A DNA stretch of 31,756 bases from assembly GCA_002269645.1 (NCBI GenBank), contig NIVC01001725.1, positions 1-31,756 of the forward strand, read 5' to 3'. The translations under genes and the position numbers were made by a program. This document shows positions 9,552 to 31,756 of this stretch, in pieces; position 1 is the first letter of the stretch, and the number at the start of each line of letters is the position of its first letter. The DNA comes from Macrostomum lignano (lineage: Eukaryota). The notes under the pieces were generated by a model that searched no databases, was not told the origin of the DNA, and saw nothing but the letters and a program-made list of their open reading frames with translations.

Positions 9552-12273
9552 GTGAGTCTGAACTCCCACTACTAAAAATCACGAACCCACAAGTGAGAAT
9601 CCCAATCCCACAACTGAGAATCCCAATCCCACAACTGAGAATTCCAATCCCACAACTGAGAATCCCAATCCCACAACTGAGAATCCCAATCCCACAAATA
9701 AAAATTCCAATCCCACAACTGAGAATCCCAATCCCACAACTGAAAATTCCAATCCCACAACTGAGAGTCCCAATCCCACAACTGAGAATCCCAATCCCAC
9801 AACTGAGAATCCCAATCCCACAACTAAAAATTCCAATCCCACAACTGAGAATCCCAATCCCACAACTGAAAATTCCAATCCCACAACTGAGAGTCCCAAT
9901 CCCACAACTGAAAATTCCAATCCCACAACTGAGAATCCCAATCCCACAACTAAAAATTCTAATCCCACAACTGAGAATCCCAATCCCACAACTGAGAGTC
10001 CCAATCCCACAACTAAAAATTCTAATCCCACAACTGAGAATCCCAATCCCACAACTGAGAGTCCCAATCCCACAACTGAGAATTCCAATCCCACAACTGA
10101 GAATCCCAATCCCACAACTGAGAATCCCAATCCCACAACTGAGAATCCCAATCCCACAACTGAGAATTCCAATCCCACAACTGAGAATCCCAATCCCACA
10201 ACTGAGAATCCCAATCCCACAACTGAGAATTCCAATCCCACAACTGAGAATTCCAATCCCACAACTGAGAATTCCAATCCCACAACTGAGAATCCCAATC
10301 CCACAACTGAGAATCCCAATCCCACAACTGAGAATCCCAATCCCACAACTGAGAATTCCAATCCCAGAACTGAGAATCCCAATCCCACAACTGAGAATTC
10401 CAATCTCACAACTGAGAATCCCAATCCAGAACTGAGAATCCCAATCCCACAACTGAGAATTCCAATCTCACAACTGAGAATTCCAATCCCACAACTGAGA
10501 ATTCCAATCCCACAACTGAGAATTCCAATCCCAGAACTGAGAATCCCAATCCCACAACTGAGAATTCCAATCTCACAACTAAAAATTCCGATCCCACAAG
10601 TAAGAATCCCAATCCCACAACTAAAAATCCCAATCCCACAACTCAGAATCCTAATCCCATAACTTAGAATTCCAAATCCCACTACAGCCAGGTCCGCAGC
10701 CTGCTGGAGAAGTGCGCGACCACTGCCCTGAACTCCAAGCTGGTGGCCCACCAGAAGGAGTTCTTCAGCAAGCTGGTGGTAGACGCTGTGATGCTGCTTG
10801 ACGAGCTGCTGCCACTTGACATGATCGGCATCAAGAAGGTTGCCGGCGGTGCCCTGGAGGACACCCGACTGGTGTCGGGCGTCGCCTTCAAGAAGACGTT
10901 CAGCTACGCCGGCTTCGAGATGCAGCCAAAGAAATATGCCAACCCGAAGATTGCCCTGCTCAACATTGAACTCGAGCTGCGAGCCGAGCGCGAAAATGCC
11001 GAAGTTCGAGTTAAGAGCGTCGAAGAGTACCAGAAGGTGAGTTTGCTTCACTCGCATGTACTTTTATCTGTTTCTAAGGTCCTGGGTTCGATTCTCAATG
11101 TGACCAAATTTAATTTTTTATATAACTAACTTTCTATGTTCTACATAGTAGTTTAGTTAACTGATACGAGGAAGTATTCTTATTGTGGAGATCTCTGAAT
11201 GGAGCATTTTCTATATACTGGGTTGATTACCGATATGTGTCAAAAAGAACTAAAAACCGACAAAGCGGGGACCACAGATACAATGATAAAGAATAAAGTG
11301 GCCAGGTGAATTGGTTTATAATTTCTCAATAAATGACGTGAAGAGGAGTGCCATATCTATCTAATTTATTAAAACTAGTCCCTATACCGATATGTTTAGA
11401 AAAGACACTTTATAAATACTCTCGCAGGTGGTGGACACCGAGTGGAACATACTATACGACAAGCTGGTCACGCTGCACAAAGCCGGAGTGAAAATTGTGC
11501 TATCCAAGCTGCCCATTGGCGACGTGGCCACCCAGTGGTGCGCCGACCGCGACATGTTCTGCGCCGGCCGCGTGCCCGAGGAGGACCTCCGCCGGACTCA
11601 GAAGGCCTGCGGTGGCCGCATCCACACCACCGTTGTTGGCCTGACCGACGCCACGCTGGGCACCTGCGAACTATTCGAAGAGGTGCAGATCGGTGCCGAC
11701 AGGTACAACCTGTTCACCGGGTGTCCCCGAGCTCGAACCTGCACTATTGTGCTCCGCGGCGGTGCCGAACAGTTCATGGAGGAGACCGAGCGATCCCTGC
11801 ACGACGCCATCATGATTGTGCGCCGGGCCAGGAAAAACGACTCGGTGGTGGCCGGCGGCGGCGCCATCGACATGGAGCTGAGCTACCACCTGCGCCAGCA
11901 CTCGCGCAATGTCACCAGCAAGCAGCAGCTGCTGATTGGCGCCATGGCCAAGGCATTCGAGCTCATTCCCCGCCAGCTGTGCGACAACGCCGGCTTCGAC
12001 GCCACCTTCGTGCTCAACAAGCTGCGCAACCGGCACGCCAACGGCGACCTGTGGGCCGGCGTCGACATCCAGCGCGAGGACGTTGCCGACAATTTCACCG
12101 CCTGCGTGTGGGAGCCGGCCCTGGTGAAGGCCAATGCCATTGTGGCCGCCTCCGAGGCCGCCTGCAGCATGCTCAGCGTTGACGAGACTGTGAAGAATCC
12201 GGCCAGCTCCAGCACCCTGCCCAATGAGAACAAGCCGGTGAAGCCGGGCCGCGGCATGGGCCGACCGTGCTAG
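9097..12273 (+). CDS. CCT7: T-complex protein 1 subunit eta (CCT7), whole gene; join(9097-9551,10688-11036,11428-12273), 549 aa, intact
   Basis: Chaperonin motifs [12 protein letters not shown] and GDGTTSVV; eta-specific [51 protein letters not shown] and C-terminal GRGMGRP. Exons sum to 1650 nt in frame with canonical sites. Confidence 0.97.
9590..10680. repeat. 21-nt minisatellite, ~50 copies, filling CCT7 intron 1
   Basis: Unit CCCAATCCCACAACTGAGAAT. Confidence 0.98.
10688..11036 (+). CDS. CCT7: CCT7 exon 2
   Basis: Acceptor CTACAG; [23 protein letters not shown]; donor |GTGAGT. Confidence 0.95.
11428..12273 (+). CDS. CCT7: CCT7 exon 3 (terminal)
   Basis: Acceptor CTCGCAG; [17 protein letters not shown]. 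Confidence 0.96.
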   Translation: MVDTEWNILYDKLVTLHKAGVKIVLSKLPIGDVATQWCADRDMFCAGRVPEEDLRRTQKACGGRIHTTVVGLTDATLGTCELFEEVQIGADRYNLFTGCPRARTCTIVLRGGAEQFMEETERSLHDAIMIVRRARKNDSVVAGGGAIDMELSYHLRQHSRNVTSKQQLLIGAMAKAFELIPRQLCDNAGFDATFVLNKLRNRHANGDLWAGVDIQREDVADNFTACVWEPALVKANAIVAASEAACSMLSVDETVKNPASSSTLPNENKPVKPGRGMGRPC

Positions 12274-13021
12274 ACTGCCGAGTGATCCTCGGGTTCCATT
12301 TTGACAGCAGCGGGTTGTGTGTGTTTGGTGATCAGATAGACTGGATAGCTCACAGCATATATAGGGTGACTATCAAAATGTGTGTTATACTACTTAGCTA
12401 GCAAGTAGTACAAGTGAGCTGTCTATTCTCAGTTTGTTAATTAATTTACCGACATCTAATTTGGCAACATCTCTATGACTATAAGTGGCTTTAAAGCAAT
12501 ATTATACTTACTGTGTTTCAATTTTCCAGCTTAGCTACTACTCGCAAGTAGTGAGTTTTTCACTCGCCTAAGTTTATAATTAACATTAACTTTCTAACCT
12601 GTTATTCAGCTGCAGATATGCTCGTATATTATATTCTACTGTTAGTAAGCTTGGGAATTTCTGTCTATTGTTGGGATGTAACAGTTGTTTTTTTCCTTTG
12701 TAATGCTTGATATCTCCGCCTACACAGACTCTGACTACTGTACTTTTTCTACCGCAAAACTATGTTACTCAAACTCATTTCTTGCTTTCGTTGGGCTCAG
12801 CTTGCTTGAAGCCAATCAATAATTATCAATTTTTAATTACACAGATATTGGACAGCAGCAGAGACAGCAAAATGCTATGATTCAGTGCAACTTGTTTCAC
12901 GTGGGAAATTTTTCACTGAATTTTCCCGGGCCTGTTTGAATTCCCTGAGTGGATTGAAATTGGCGCTTGGCTGAGCACTTTTGTCTTGTTCCTTAGTTAT
13001 TTTTATGCCTCTGTTTTTGAC

Positions 13022-13980
13022 GCTGATTTTTGGACGGGCGATAAGGCTGATTTATGAGGGGTGATAAGGCTGATTTATGAGGGCTGTGATAAGGCTGAGG
13101 CTGATTGATGAGGGGTGATAAGGCTGATTTATGAGGGGTGATGAGGCTGATTGATGAGGGGTGATGAGGCTGATTTATGAGGGGTGATAAGGCTGATTTA
13201 TGAGGGGTGATGAGGCTGATTGATTAGGGGTGATGAGGCTGATTTTTGGATGGGGTGATGAGGCTGATTTATGAGGGGTGATGAGGCTGATTTTTTGATG
13301 GGGTGATGAGGCTGATTTTTGGAGGGGTGATGAAGCTGATTTATTAGGGGTCATGAGGCTGATTGATGAGAGATGATGAGGCTGATTGATGAGGGGTGAT
13401 GAGGCTGATTGATGAGGGGTGATGAGGCTGATTGATGAGGGATGATGAGGCTGATTTATGAGGGGGTGATCAGGCTGATTTATTAGGGCTAATGAGGCTG
13501 ATTTATGAGCGGTGATGAGGCTGATTTTTTGGAGGGGTGATGAGGCTGATTTATGAGGGGTCATGAGGCTGTTTGATGAGGAGTCATAGGGCTGATGAGG
13601 CTGATTTATGAAGGGTTGATTAGGCCTGTATGGGGGGTGATGGGACTGATATATGGAGAGTTGATAAGGGTGATTTATGAGGGGTGATGAGGCTGATTTA
13701 TCAGGGGTGATGAGGCTGATTTTTGGAGGGGGTAATGAGGCTAATTGTTTGGGCTGATGAAGCCCTGATTTTTAGGGTTGATTGATGAGGCTGATTTTTA
13801 CGGTTGACCTACAAATGGGTTGATGAAGCTGATTTATGAAGGTTAATGAGGGGTGCCGAGTTTCTGAGAGGTGCTGAGGCTGATTTTTAGGGGTTATGAA
13901 GCTGACTGAAAGTTGATAAGGCTGGTTGATTAAGGAGTTTGATGAGGCTTATTGATGAGGGATGATGAGGCCGAATTAGG
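13022..13980. repeat. ~23-24-nt G-rich minisatellite, decaying to the right
   Basis: Unit GAGGGGTGATGAGGCTGATT(T/G)AT; regular to ~13800, degenerate after. Confidence 0.92.
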
Positions 13981-13985
13981 GGATA

Positions 13986-14042
13986 GGTGAGGCCGAGTTC
14001 GGGGTAGGTGAGGCCGAGTTCGGGGTAGATGAGGCCGAGTTT
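13986..14042. repeat. 21-nt repeat, ~3 copies
   Basis: GGTGAGGCCGAGTTCGGGGTA. Confidence 0.8.
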
Positions 14043-14762
14043 GAGGATACGTCAAAGATGAGGCTGGTGTAGCAGCGCTAACCCTACTACATGCTCGCAT
14101 GGCAAATCAATAAATCAAATATCAAACCGCGCATTGGCAATCATATTGCTTTAGCTCGTAACGCCAAAGTTGCAGAAACGTAGGTGCATTGAAAAAATGT
14201 GCATTGTTTGGAGTTAATAGTACGAGCGTATATTTAGTATTTTTAATTAAATAGTGCAGTACACTAACTGCATGTAGAGTTAGAGTTTGTATAGAGTGAC
14301 GAGAGGATAAGCAACGGATCGCAAGAATCACTATTTTCCATCTTAGCCATATTCGCAGTCAAACAACAAAAACATACATGTACTTGTCAAGTCAATGTTA
14401 CACAGCACTGCTAGATTGTGAGCACGATATTTGAGCCAAGTGGGGTGCCAAAAAAACATTTTCAGACGCCTCCATCATCGAAACTTGAAAATAAAATCAC
14501 AGATGTCCAACGGAAGTATAGCGGCTATGGTAGTTTAGGCATGGATACAGGTGTAGGCTGATCGAGTTCGCTGATTATTGCTGTACATGTGGATTATGAT
14601 CCACCTGTTCAAGGGGTGGCGTGACAGTTTTTATTGCCAGTCTAAATGCCGGTTGTAGGTTGGTTGCGTGTTTATCAGAAATCAGATATGATTTATGGAT
14701 TGGCCCAGGCTCGCCAGCTTCCTAGAGAATACCTTACAGTACATGAATCATTTTCGAATCGT

Positions 14763-15248
14763 CCCTAAGATGTCATGAGAACTGGCCCTAAGATGTCATG
14801 AGAACTGGCCCTAAGATGTCATGAGAACTGGCCCTAAGATGTCATGAGAACTGGCCCTAAGATGTCATGAGAATCGGCCCTAAGATGTCATGAGAACTGG
14901 CCCTAAGATGTCATGAGAACTGGCCCTAAGATGTCATGAGAATCGGCCCTAAGATGTCATGAGAACTGGCCCTAAGATGTCATGAGAACGGCCCTAAGAT
15001 GTCATGAGAACTGGCCCTAAGATGTCATGAGAATCGGCCCTAAGATGTCATGAGAATCGGCCCTAAGATGTCATGAGAATCGGCCCTAAGATGTCATGAG
15101 AATCGGCCCTAAGATTGTCATGAGAATCGGCCCTAAGATGTCATGAGAATCGGCCTAAGATGTCATGAGAACTGGCCCTAAGATGTCATGAGAATCGGCC
15201 TAAGATGTCATGAGAACTGGCCCTAAGATGTCATGAGAACTGGCCCTA
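14763..15248. repeat. 23-nt minisatellite, ~21 copies
   Basis: Unit CCTAAGATGTCATGAGAA(CT/TC)GGC. Confidence 0.98.
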
Positions 15249-15415
15249 AAAACGACTTAAAATGACTTCTCCTCGAATTCCCTCTCCAGATTCTGAAGCC
15301 TGAGCCAAGTCTCTTTTGTACAAGCGTATTGACAGTTTCGCATTCAGTGCATGAAGTTTAATTTTTAATGCGGAAGAGTTGATGTCGGGCAGCGGCGGGA
15401 TGCGCGGTGACGTCT

Positions 15416-26372
<10,957 letters not shown>

Positions 26373-26403
26373 CTGAAATTGATAGGATTTATCGTGAGAG
26401 GCT

Positions 26404-26596
<193 letters not shown>

Positions 26597-26992
26597 CTAG
26601 GACTATAATAGATATTAATTGAGTCAAGCGCTGCCTCTGCGGTCCCTTTGCCGCACCTGTAGCCAATACGGCAGGGATTGAACAAAGGAGCCTCTGGAGG
26701 CCACAGCTGGTCACCCCAGAGTCTGAAGTGGCAGCCTGAGCCACCGTAGAGAAATGCCAGCTTGACGCACTGGTCGGTGGTTTGGGTGGGGGCTCTTAAA
26801 TCCGGTGAAACGAGCAAACTGTGGCGAGCCGCCCAAATCAGTAATTGATTGGAAAGAAATGTGCGCAACACCTGGGCCGGGGCGTCGTTTAATTAGGGGA
26901 ATCTCGCTATGCATTAGCGAGGGCGACACTGGGAGATTCAATACTAAAGCCGGTTTGTCTGGTGGCTGAATTTAGTTCAATTCAGGTTGGAG

Positions 26993-27748
26993 AGAGAAGT
27001 CTAGAGATTAGGGAGAGAAATCTAGAGATTGGGGAGAGAAATCTATAGATTAGGGTGAGAAATCTAGAGATTAGGGTGAGAAATCTAGAGATTAGGGAGA
27101 GAAATCTAGAGATTGGGGAGAGAAAGCTAGAGATTGGGGGGAGAGATCTACAGATTGATGAGAGAAATCTAGAGATTGGGGAGAGAAAGCTAGAGATTGG
27201 GGAGAGAAATCTAGAGATTGGGGAGAGAAATCTAGAGATTGGGGAGAGAAATCTAGAGATTGGGGAGAGAAATCTAGAGATTGGGGAGAGAAATCTGGAG
27301 ATTGGGGAGAGAGATCTACAGATTGATGAGAGAAATCTATAGATTAGGGTGAGAAATCTAGAGATTAGGGTGAGAAATCTAGAGATTAGGGTGAGAAATC
27401 TAGAGATTAGGGAGAGAAATCTAGAGATTGGGGAGAGAAAGCTAGAGATTAAGGTGAGAAATCTAGAGATTAGGGTGAGAAATCTAGAGATTAGGGAGAG
27501 AAATCTAGAGATTGGGGAGAGAAAGCTAGAGATTGGGGGGAGAGATCTACAGATTGATGAGAGAAATCTAGAGATTGGGGAGAGAAAGCTAGAGATTGGG
27601 GAGAGAAATCTAGAGATTGGGGAGAGAAAGCTAGAGATTGGGGAGAGAAATCTAGAGATTGGGGAGAGAAAGCTAGAGATTAAGGTGAGAAAGCTAGAGA
27701 TTAGGGAGAGAAATCTAGAGATTGGGGAGAGAAAGCTAGAGATTAAGG
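26993..27748. repeat. 21-nt purine-rich minisatellite, ~36 copies
   Basis: Unit GAGAGAAATCTAGAGATTGGG. Confidence 0.97.
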
Positions 27749-28419
27749 AATTCTATAGAACCTGAGATGGCTGCGAGAACACACGTACTGTAGACCCGCC
27801 ATAAATTGAGTCTCAATCTCAGTCGGCTACAATCAAAGCAGACATCAGCTTAGATATAGCTAATAGCTAATTAGAGTTGAAATGTGCAATAAATCTTTGG
27901 AAGCGATAATTGTTGACTAAATTAGTAGGTGCGAGAATAACACCCTCACCCGGCGGTATTGAGACATTGCGTCAGCCATGAATGGAATGTATTGAACAAA
28001 CAAAGCCGCAAAGTGTTAAGTACGAAGGAGAGAAAGCTATTGCTGCAGTGCGCAGGGTTTTATAATTTGCTTTTATTGGTTTTTCTCACTATAAGGGCTC
28101 ATATAGCGACTTATCGCCATTAAATACTACCCAGCTCTCGCTGCGTATACTCCCCCTAGATAGATCCCCTTGATCTCCCCAGATATCCCCACTGATATAA
28201 TGAAAGGATATTATTTCTAGCTCGTATTTAAGAAATTTTGGCTCATACTCTGCTTTGAGTTGCGCAAGATCGCCGGGAGCCACTTCTCGCCAAGTAAGAT
28301 TTGCTTATACGAGTATAGTAGCAAATTCTCTCGATTCATTCCTTGGCTGGGAGAGTGCCAGCGCTGATTTGCTGTGCCTCTCGCCCTTCCATAGCGGCCT
28401 TCTGATTTTTCTTCCTCTT

Positions 28420-29175
28420 CTTGTTCTTCTACTTTCTCATTTTCTTTTTCTTTTTCTGTTTCTCTTTTTTCTTCTGTTTCTTCTTCAGTATCTTCTCATT
28501 TTTTCTGTTTCTTCTTCTGTTTCTTCTTCAGTTTCTTCAGTTTCTTCAGTTTCTTCTCATTTTTTCTTCTGTTTCTTCTTCTGTTTCTTCTTCTGTTTTT
28601 TCTTCAGTTTCTTCTTCAGTTTCTTCTTCAGTTTCTTCTTCAGTTTCTTCTTGTTTTTTCTTCTATTTCTTCTTCTGTTTCTTCCTCAGTTTCTTCTTTA
28701 GTTTCTTCCTCAGTTTCTTCTTTAGTTTCTTCCTCAGTTTCTTCTTTAGTTTCTTCCTCAGTTTCTTCTTTAGTTTCTTCTTTAGTTTCTTCTTTAGTTT
28801 CTTCCTCAGTTTCTTCTTCAGTTTCTTCCTCAGTTTCTTCTTCAGTTTCTTCTTCAGTTTCTTCTTCAGTTTCTTCTTCAGTTTCTTCCTCAGTTTCTTC
28901 CTCAGTTTCTTCTTCAGTTTCTTCTTCAGTTTCTTCTTCAGTTTCTTCTTCAGTTTCTTCTTCAGTTTCTTCTTCAGTTTCTTCTTTAGTTTCTTCTTCA
29001 GTTTCTTCTTCAGTTTCTTCTTCAGTTTCTTCTTCAGTTTCTTCTTCAGTTTCTTCTTCAGTTTCTTCTTCAGTTTCTTCTTCCGTTTCTTCTTCTGTTT
29101 CTTCCTCAGTTTCTTCTTTAGTTTCTTCCTCAGTTTCTTCTATTTGTTCTTCCTTTTCTCTTTTTCTTCTTCTTA
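28420..29175. repeat. 12-nt polypyrimidine/polypurine repeat (TTTCTTCTTCAG)n
   Basis: Near-pure TTC-based tract, ~750 nt. Confidence 0.97.
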
Positions 29176-30199
29176 TTAATTCCATTCTCCTATATTCTTC
29201 GCCGGGTGTTTTTCAAAACAAAAGTCAAACAGCAGGCGAAGCGCCTAATTAGACAGGGAGAGGATTTAAGCTGAATGCCAGACGCCAAAAATACAGAGGC
29301 GGGGGTGAAAAGGGGATTCAATTTCACTCAACTCTCTCGCCCTCCGCCTGTCAGGCAGCTGATGCAGCTCCCTCTTTTGCACTTTCTCTCGCCATTTCTC
29401 CCAACTGCAGCTGTGGTGGGGGATTAATTAGTTCTTCAAAGAGTCTTGGAAACAAAATCTAACTCTGAATTAATTTGCGCCTTTTTTCTAATCTAAAAAT
29501 TGTCTTTTTTAAACCCAGTTTGATTGCTTGTAGACTCTGGGTGCAACAGCTTGGCTTGCTTCTGGAGCGGCCAGCGGACATGTCATCAGTCAAATGCCGC
29601 TCTGAAAGCATTCGCATGCCCTATTGCTGCAATTTGTTAGCACCTTTTTGCAGTGCCCGCGGCTTTTAGCGGGCCAGCCCCAAAGCCTTCTGGAAGTCTG
29701 CGAATGCTTCGAAACAGATTCCCCTCGGGCTTCTTGGCTCAAAAGTAACTTACAATTTTTCCCGGTGTCCCTCGATGGCTCGCTCGCTTTTGAAACTTTT
29801 CTTCCATCCCCCCGTCGCATGCTTCCAAGATCCATGGCTGTCCGGCTTTCAAAGCAAAGTCTTAATTAGTCACCAAATTGCAGAGGCGGCTGGTAAAACT
29901 GTGACGCAGAGTCGCGCTTTCTCCTGCCCCCCCCCCTCGAGGGCAATTCGAGAGGTGTCGAAAGCACAAAGGTGTGCCAGGTGACACAGTGCTGGGATTT
30001 CAAATGGCTATTAGTGACATAGAGAGGGGAAGAGGATTTGAGGAGGTGGAACAAAGAAACTTGAGGTGGACAGTACTGGAGCTGCTGACCTGGCCCATCA
30101 TTATTATTGACAACAATTAGCGACATATTATGATTGATTAGGTTGCGCCCCTACCTAAGTGCTTCTGAACTATTAATGCCTTGTAGGGTCCTCTTAGCT

Positions 30200-30900
30200 G
30201 ATGTTCCCAGTCAGCACGGATGTCAGACATTGCAGGAGAGTCACAGACTGATCTGTCAGCACGGATGTCAGACATTGCAGGAGAGTCACAGACTGATTTG
30301 TCAGCACGGATGTCAGACATTGCAGGAGAGTCACAGACTGATCTGTCAGCACGGATGTCAGACATTGCAGGAGAGTCACAGACTGATTTGTCAGCACGGA
30401 TGTCAGACATTGCAGGAGAGTCACAGACTGATCTGTCAGCACGGATGTCAGACATTGCAGGAGAGTCACAGACTGATCTGTCAGCACGGATGTCAGGCAT
30501 TGCAGGAGAGTCACAGACTGATCTGTCAGCACGGGTGTCAGACATTGCAGGAGAGTCACAGACTGATCTGTCAGCACGGGTGTCAGACATTGCAGGAGAG
30601 TCACAGACTGATCTGTCAGCACGGGTGTCAGACATTTGAGAAGAGTCACAGACTGATCTGTCAGCACGGATGTCAGACATTGCAGGAGAGTCACAGACTG
30701 ATCTGTCAGCACGGATGTCAGGCATTGCAGGAGAGTCACAGACTGATCTGTCAGCACGGATGTCAGACATTGCAGGAGAGTCACAGACTGATCTGTCAGC
30801 ACGGATGTCAGACATTGCAGGAGAGTCACAGACTGATCTGTCAGCACGGATGTCAGACATTGCAGGAGAGTCACAGACTGATATTTCATCACGGATGTCA
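30200..30900. repeat. 45-nt minisatellite, ~15.5 copies
   Basis: Unit TCAGCACGGATGTCAGACATTGCAGGAGAGTCACAGACTGATCTG. Confidence 0.98.
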
Positions 30901-31756
30901 TTGGGGGAAGTCAGGCTCCCAGACTCGCAGATTTTGCCCATTCGAGTCAGTCTTCATACAAATCCAGACCAAACACGCTCAGCCAGATGTAGCTTGACTG
31001 CTTTACAAACTGAGCCCATCAAATTTGCTCAGAACTCGGCTGGCCGGTTGACTCCGGTGACGAATTGCTCCCGCATGTGACTTTGATCGAAATTCAAAAA
31101 AAATTTTCCAAACCATCAGCCAAGCAAACGCGGCTCCGGATGAGGGAAGAGAGATAGGGTGCGATCGATACTTGCTAATCCCATTGTAGGATGAGGTGGG
31201 AGCAGAGCTGAGTTTGGATGCTGGCGGATTAATTGAATTTCGCCTTTCGCCCCCCTTACTCTGTTTGCCTGCCCTGTGTAGCCGTTTCTAAGAAACATAC
31301 CGGGCGCACTTGAGATTCGAGGAGAGGCGTGGGCGGCAGCTTTTCAGCCCCCGCCCACCACCCCACGTGGCAGGCAGATGGGTGCAAGGTGACCAGCGGG
31401 CGGGTGGAACACTAATCTTCTTCTTCTGCGACTTCTGCTGGCTCTTATTTTCGGAGCGCCGTGGCGGCCTCTCTGATGCCAATTTTTATGCTTCAGAAGA
31501 GAAAAATTTCCACATTAGAGAACTGCTGCTGTCCGCAGCCAGAAAATCCCCAAAATTCTCCCAGACCCCCCCCCGAAAGCAGATCCTGCACAATCCGCTT
31601 CCCAATCCATCGCTTGGAGACAATAAAAACCATAATTTATTGGCCCAGTCGGGGGGGGGGGGCAGTTTGGGTCAAGAAGATGATTCTGGAGACAAAAAAA
31701 GCCGTTTTCACTTTCTGTTTAAATGCACAACCAATGCACGCACTGCATGGGGAGGA

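Noticed and set aside
9439-10639. Long ORFs (GILSCGI.., IPIPQLR.., WDWDSQL..) over CCT7 intron 1
   Set aside because: Translations of a 21-nt unit; CCT7 homology skips the region with canonical splice sites.
9590-10680. Telomere-like GGGATT motifs
   Set aside because: GGGATT is not a permutation of TTAGGG and sits inside a 21-nt unit; not an interstitial telomere.
11442-12257. Overlapping alternative-frame and antisense ORFs over CCT7 exon 3, and ORF 4711-5532 antisense to SPAG1
   Set aside because: Expected shadows of GC-rich codon usage; no recognisable domains.
27748-27765. GAATTCTATAGAACC at an array edge resembling GAATCTATAGAACC before the 3163 array
   Set aside because: Short AT-rich match on opposite sides of the two arrays and absent at other array borders; likely chance.
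28640-29185. 181-aa Glu/Thr-rich ORF as a gene
   Set aside because: Pure 12-nt repeat that changes frame at its end, with no supporting splice sites or homology.

Overview
Eukaryotic (metazoan) genomic DNA, not prokaryotic. GC-rich exons separated by minisatellite-filled introns resemble the flatworm Macrostomum; this is an inference from sequence style, with no database search. Three spliced genes were rebuilt by hand from GT-AG sites and remembered homology. (1) A SPAG1-like TPR/RPAP3_C co-chaperone on + (5 exons, 1807-6785) needs six single-base frame corrections. (2) An intact CCT7 (TCP-1 eta) on + has 3 exons (9097-12273, 549 aa). (3) An anosmin-1/KAL-1-like gene on - has 10 exons found (26372 down to 15416; Cys-box, WAP, 4 FN3, hydrophobic GPI-like tail); its 5' exon(s) were not found. 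A GC-rich probable exon of an unidentified divergent gene lies at the left edge. About 13 kb (~40%) of the window is ~23 separate tandem arrays with 4-46 nt units, and these explain nearly all the long repetitive ORFs in the track. Best leads: a possible trans-spliced SPAG1-CCT7 chaperone operon; frameshifts confined to SPAG1; introns that are ~45-80 nt cores each inflated by a private minisatellite; and three unrelated arrays in the anosmin gene sharing the palindrome TGGCGCCA. No clearly new system can be proven from the sequence alone.
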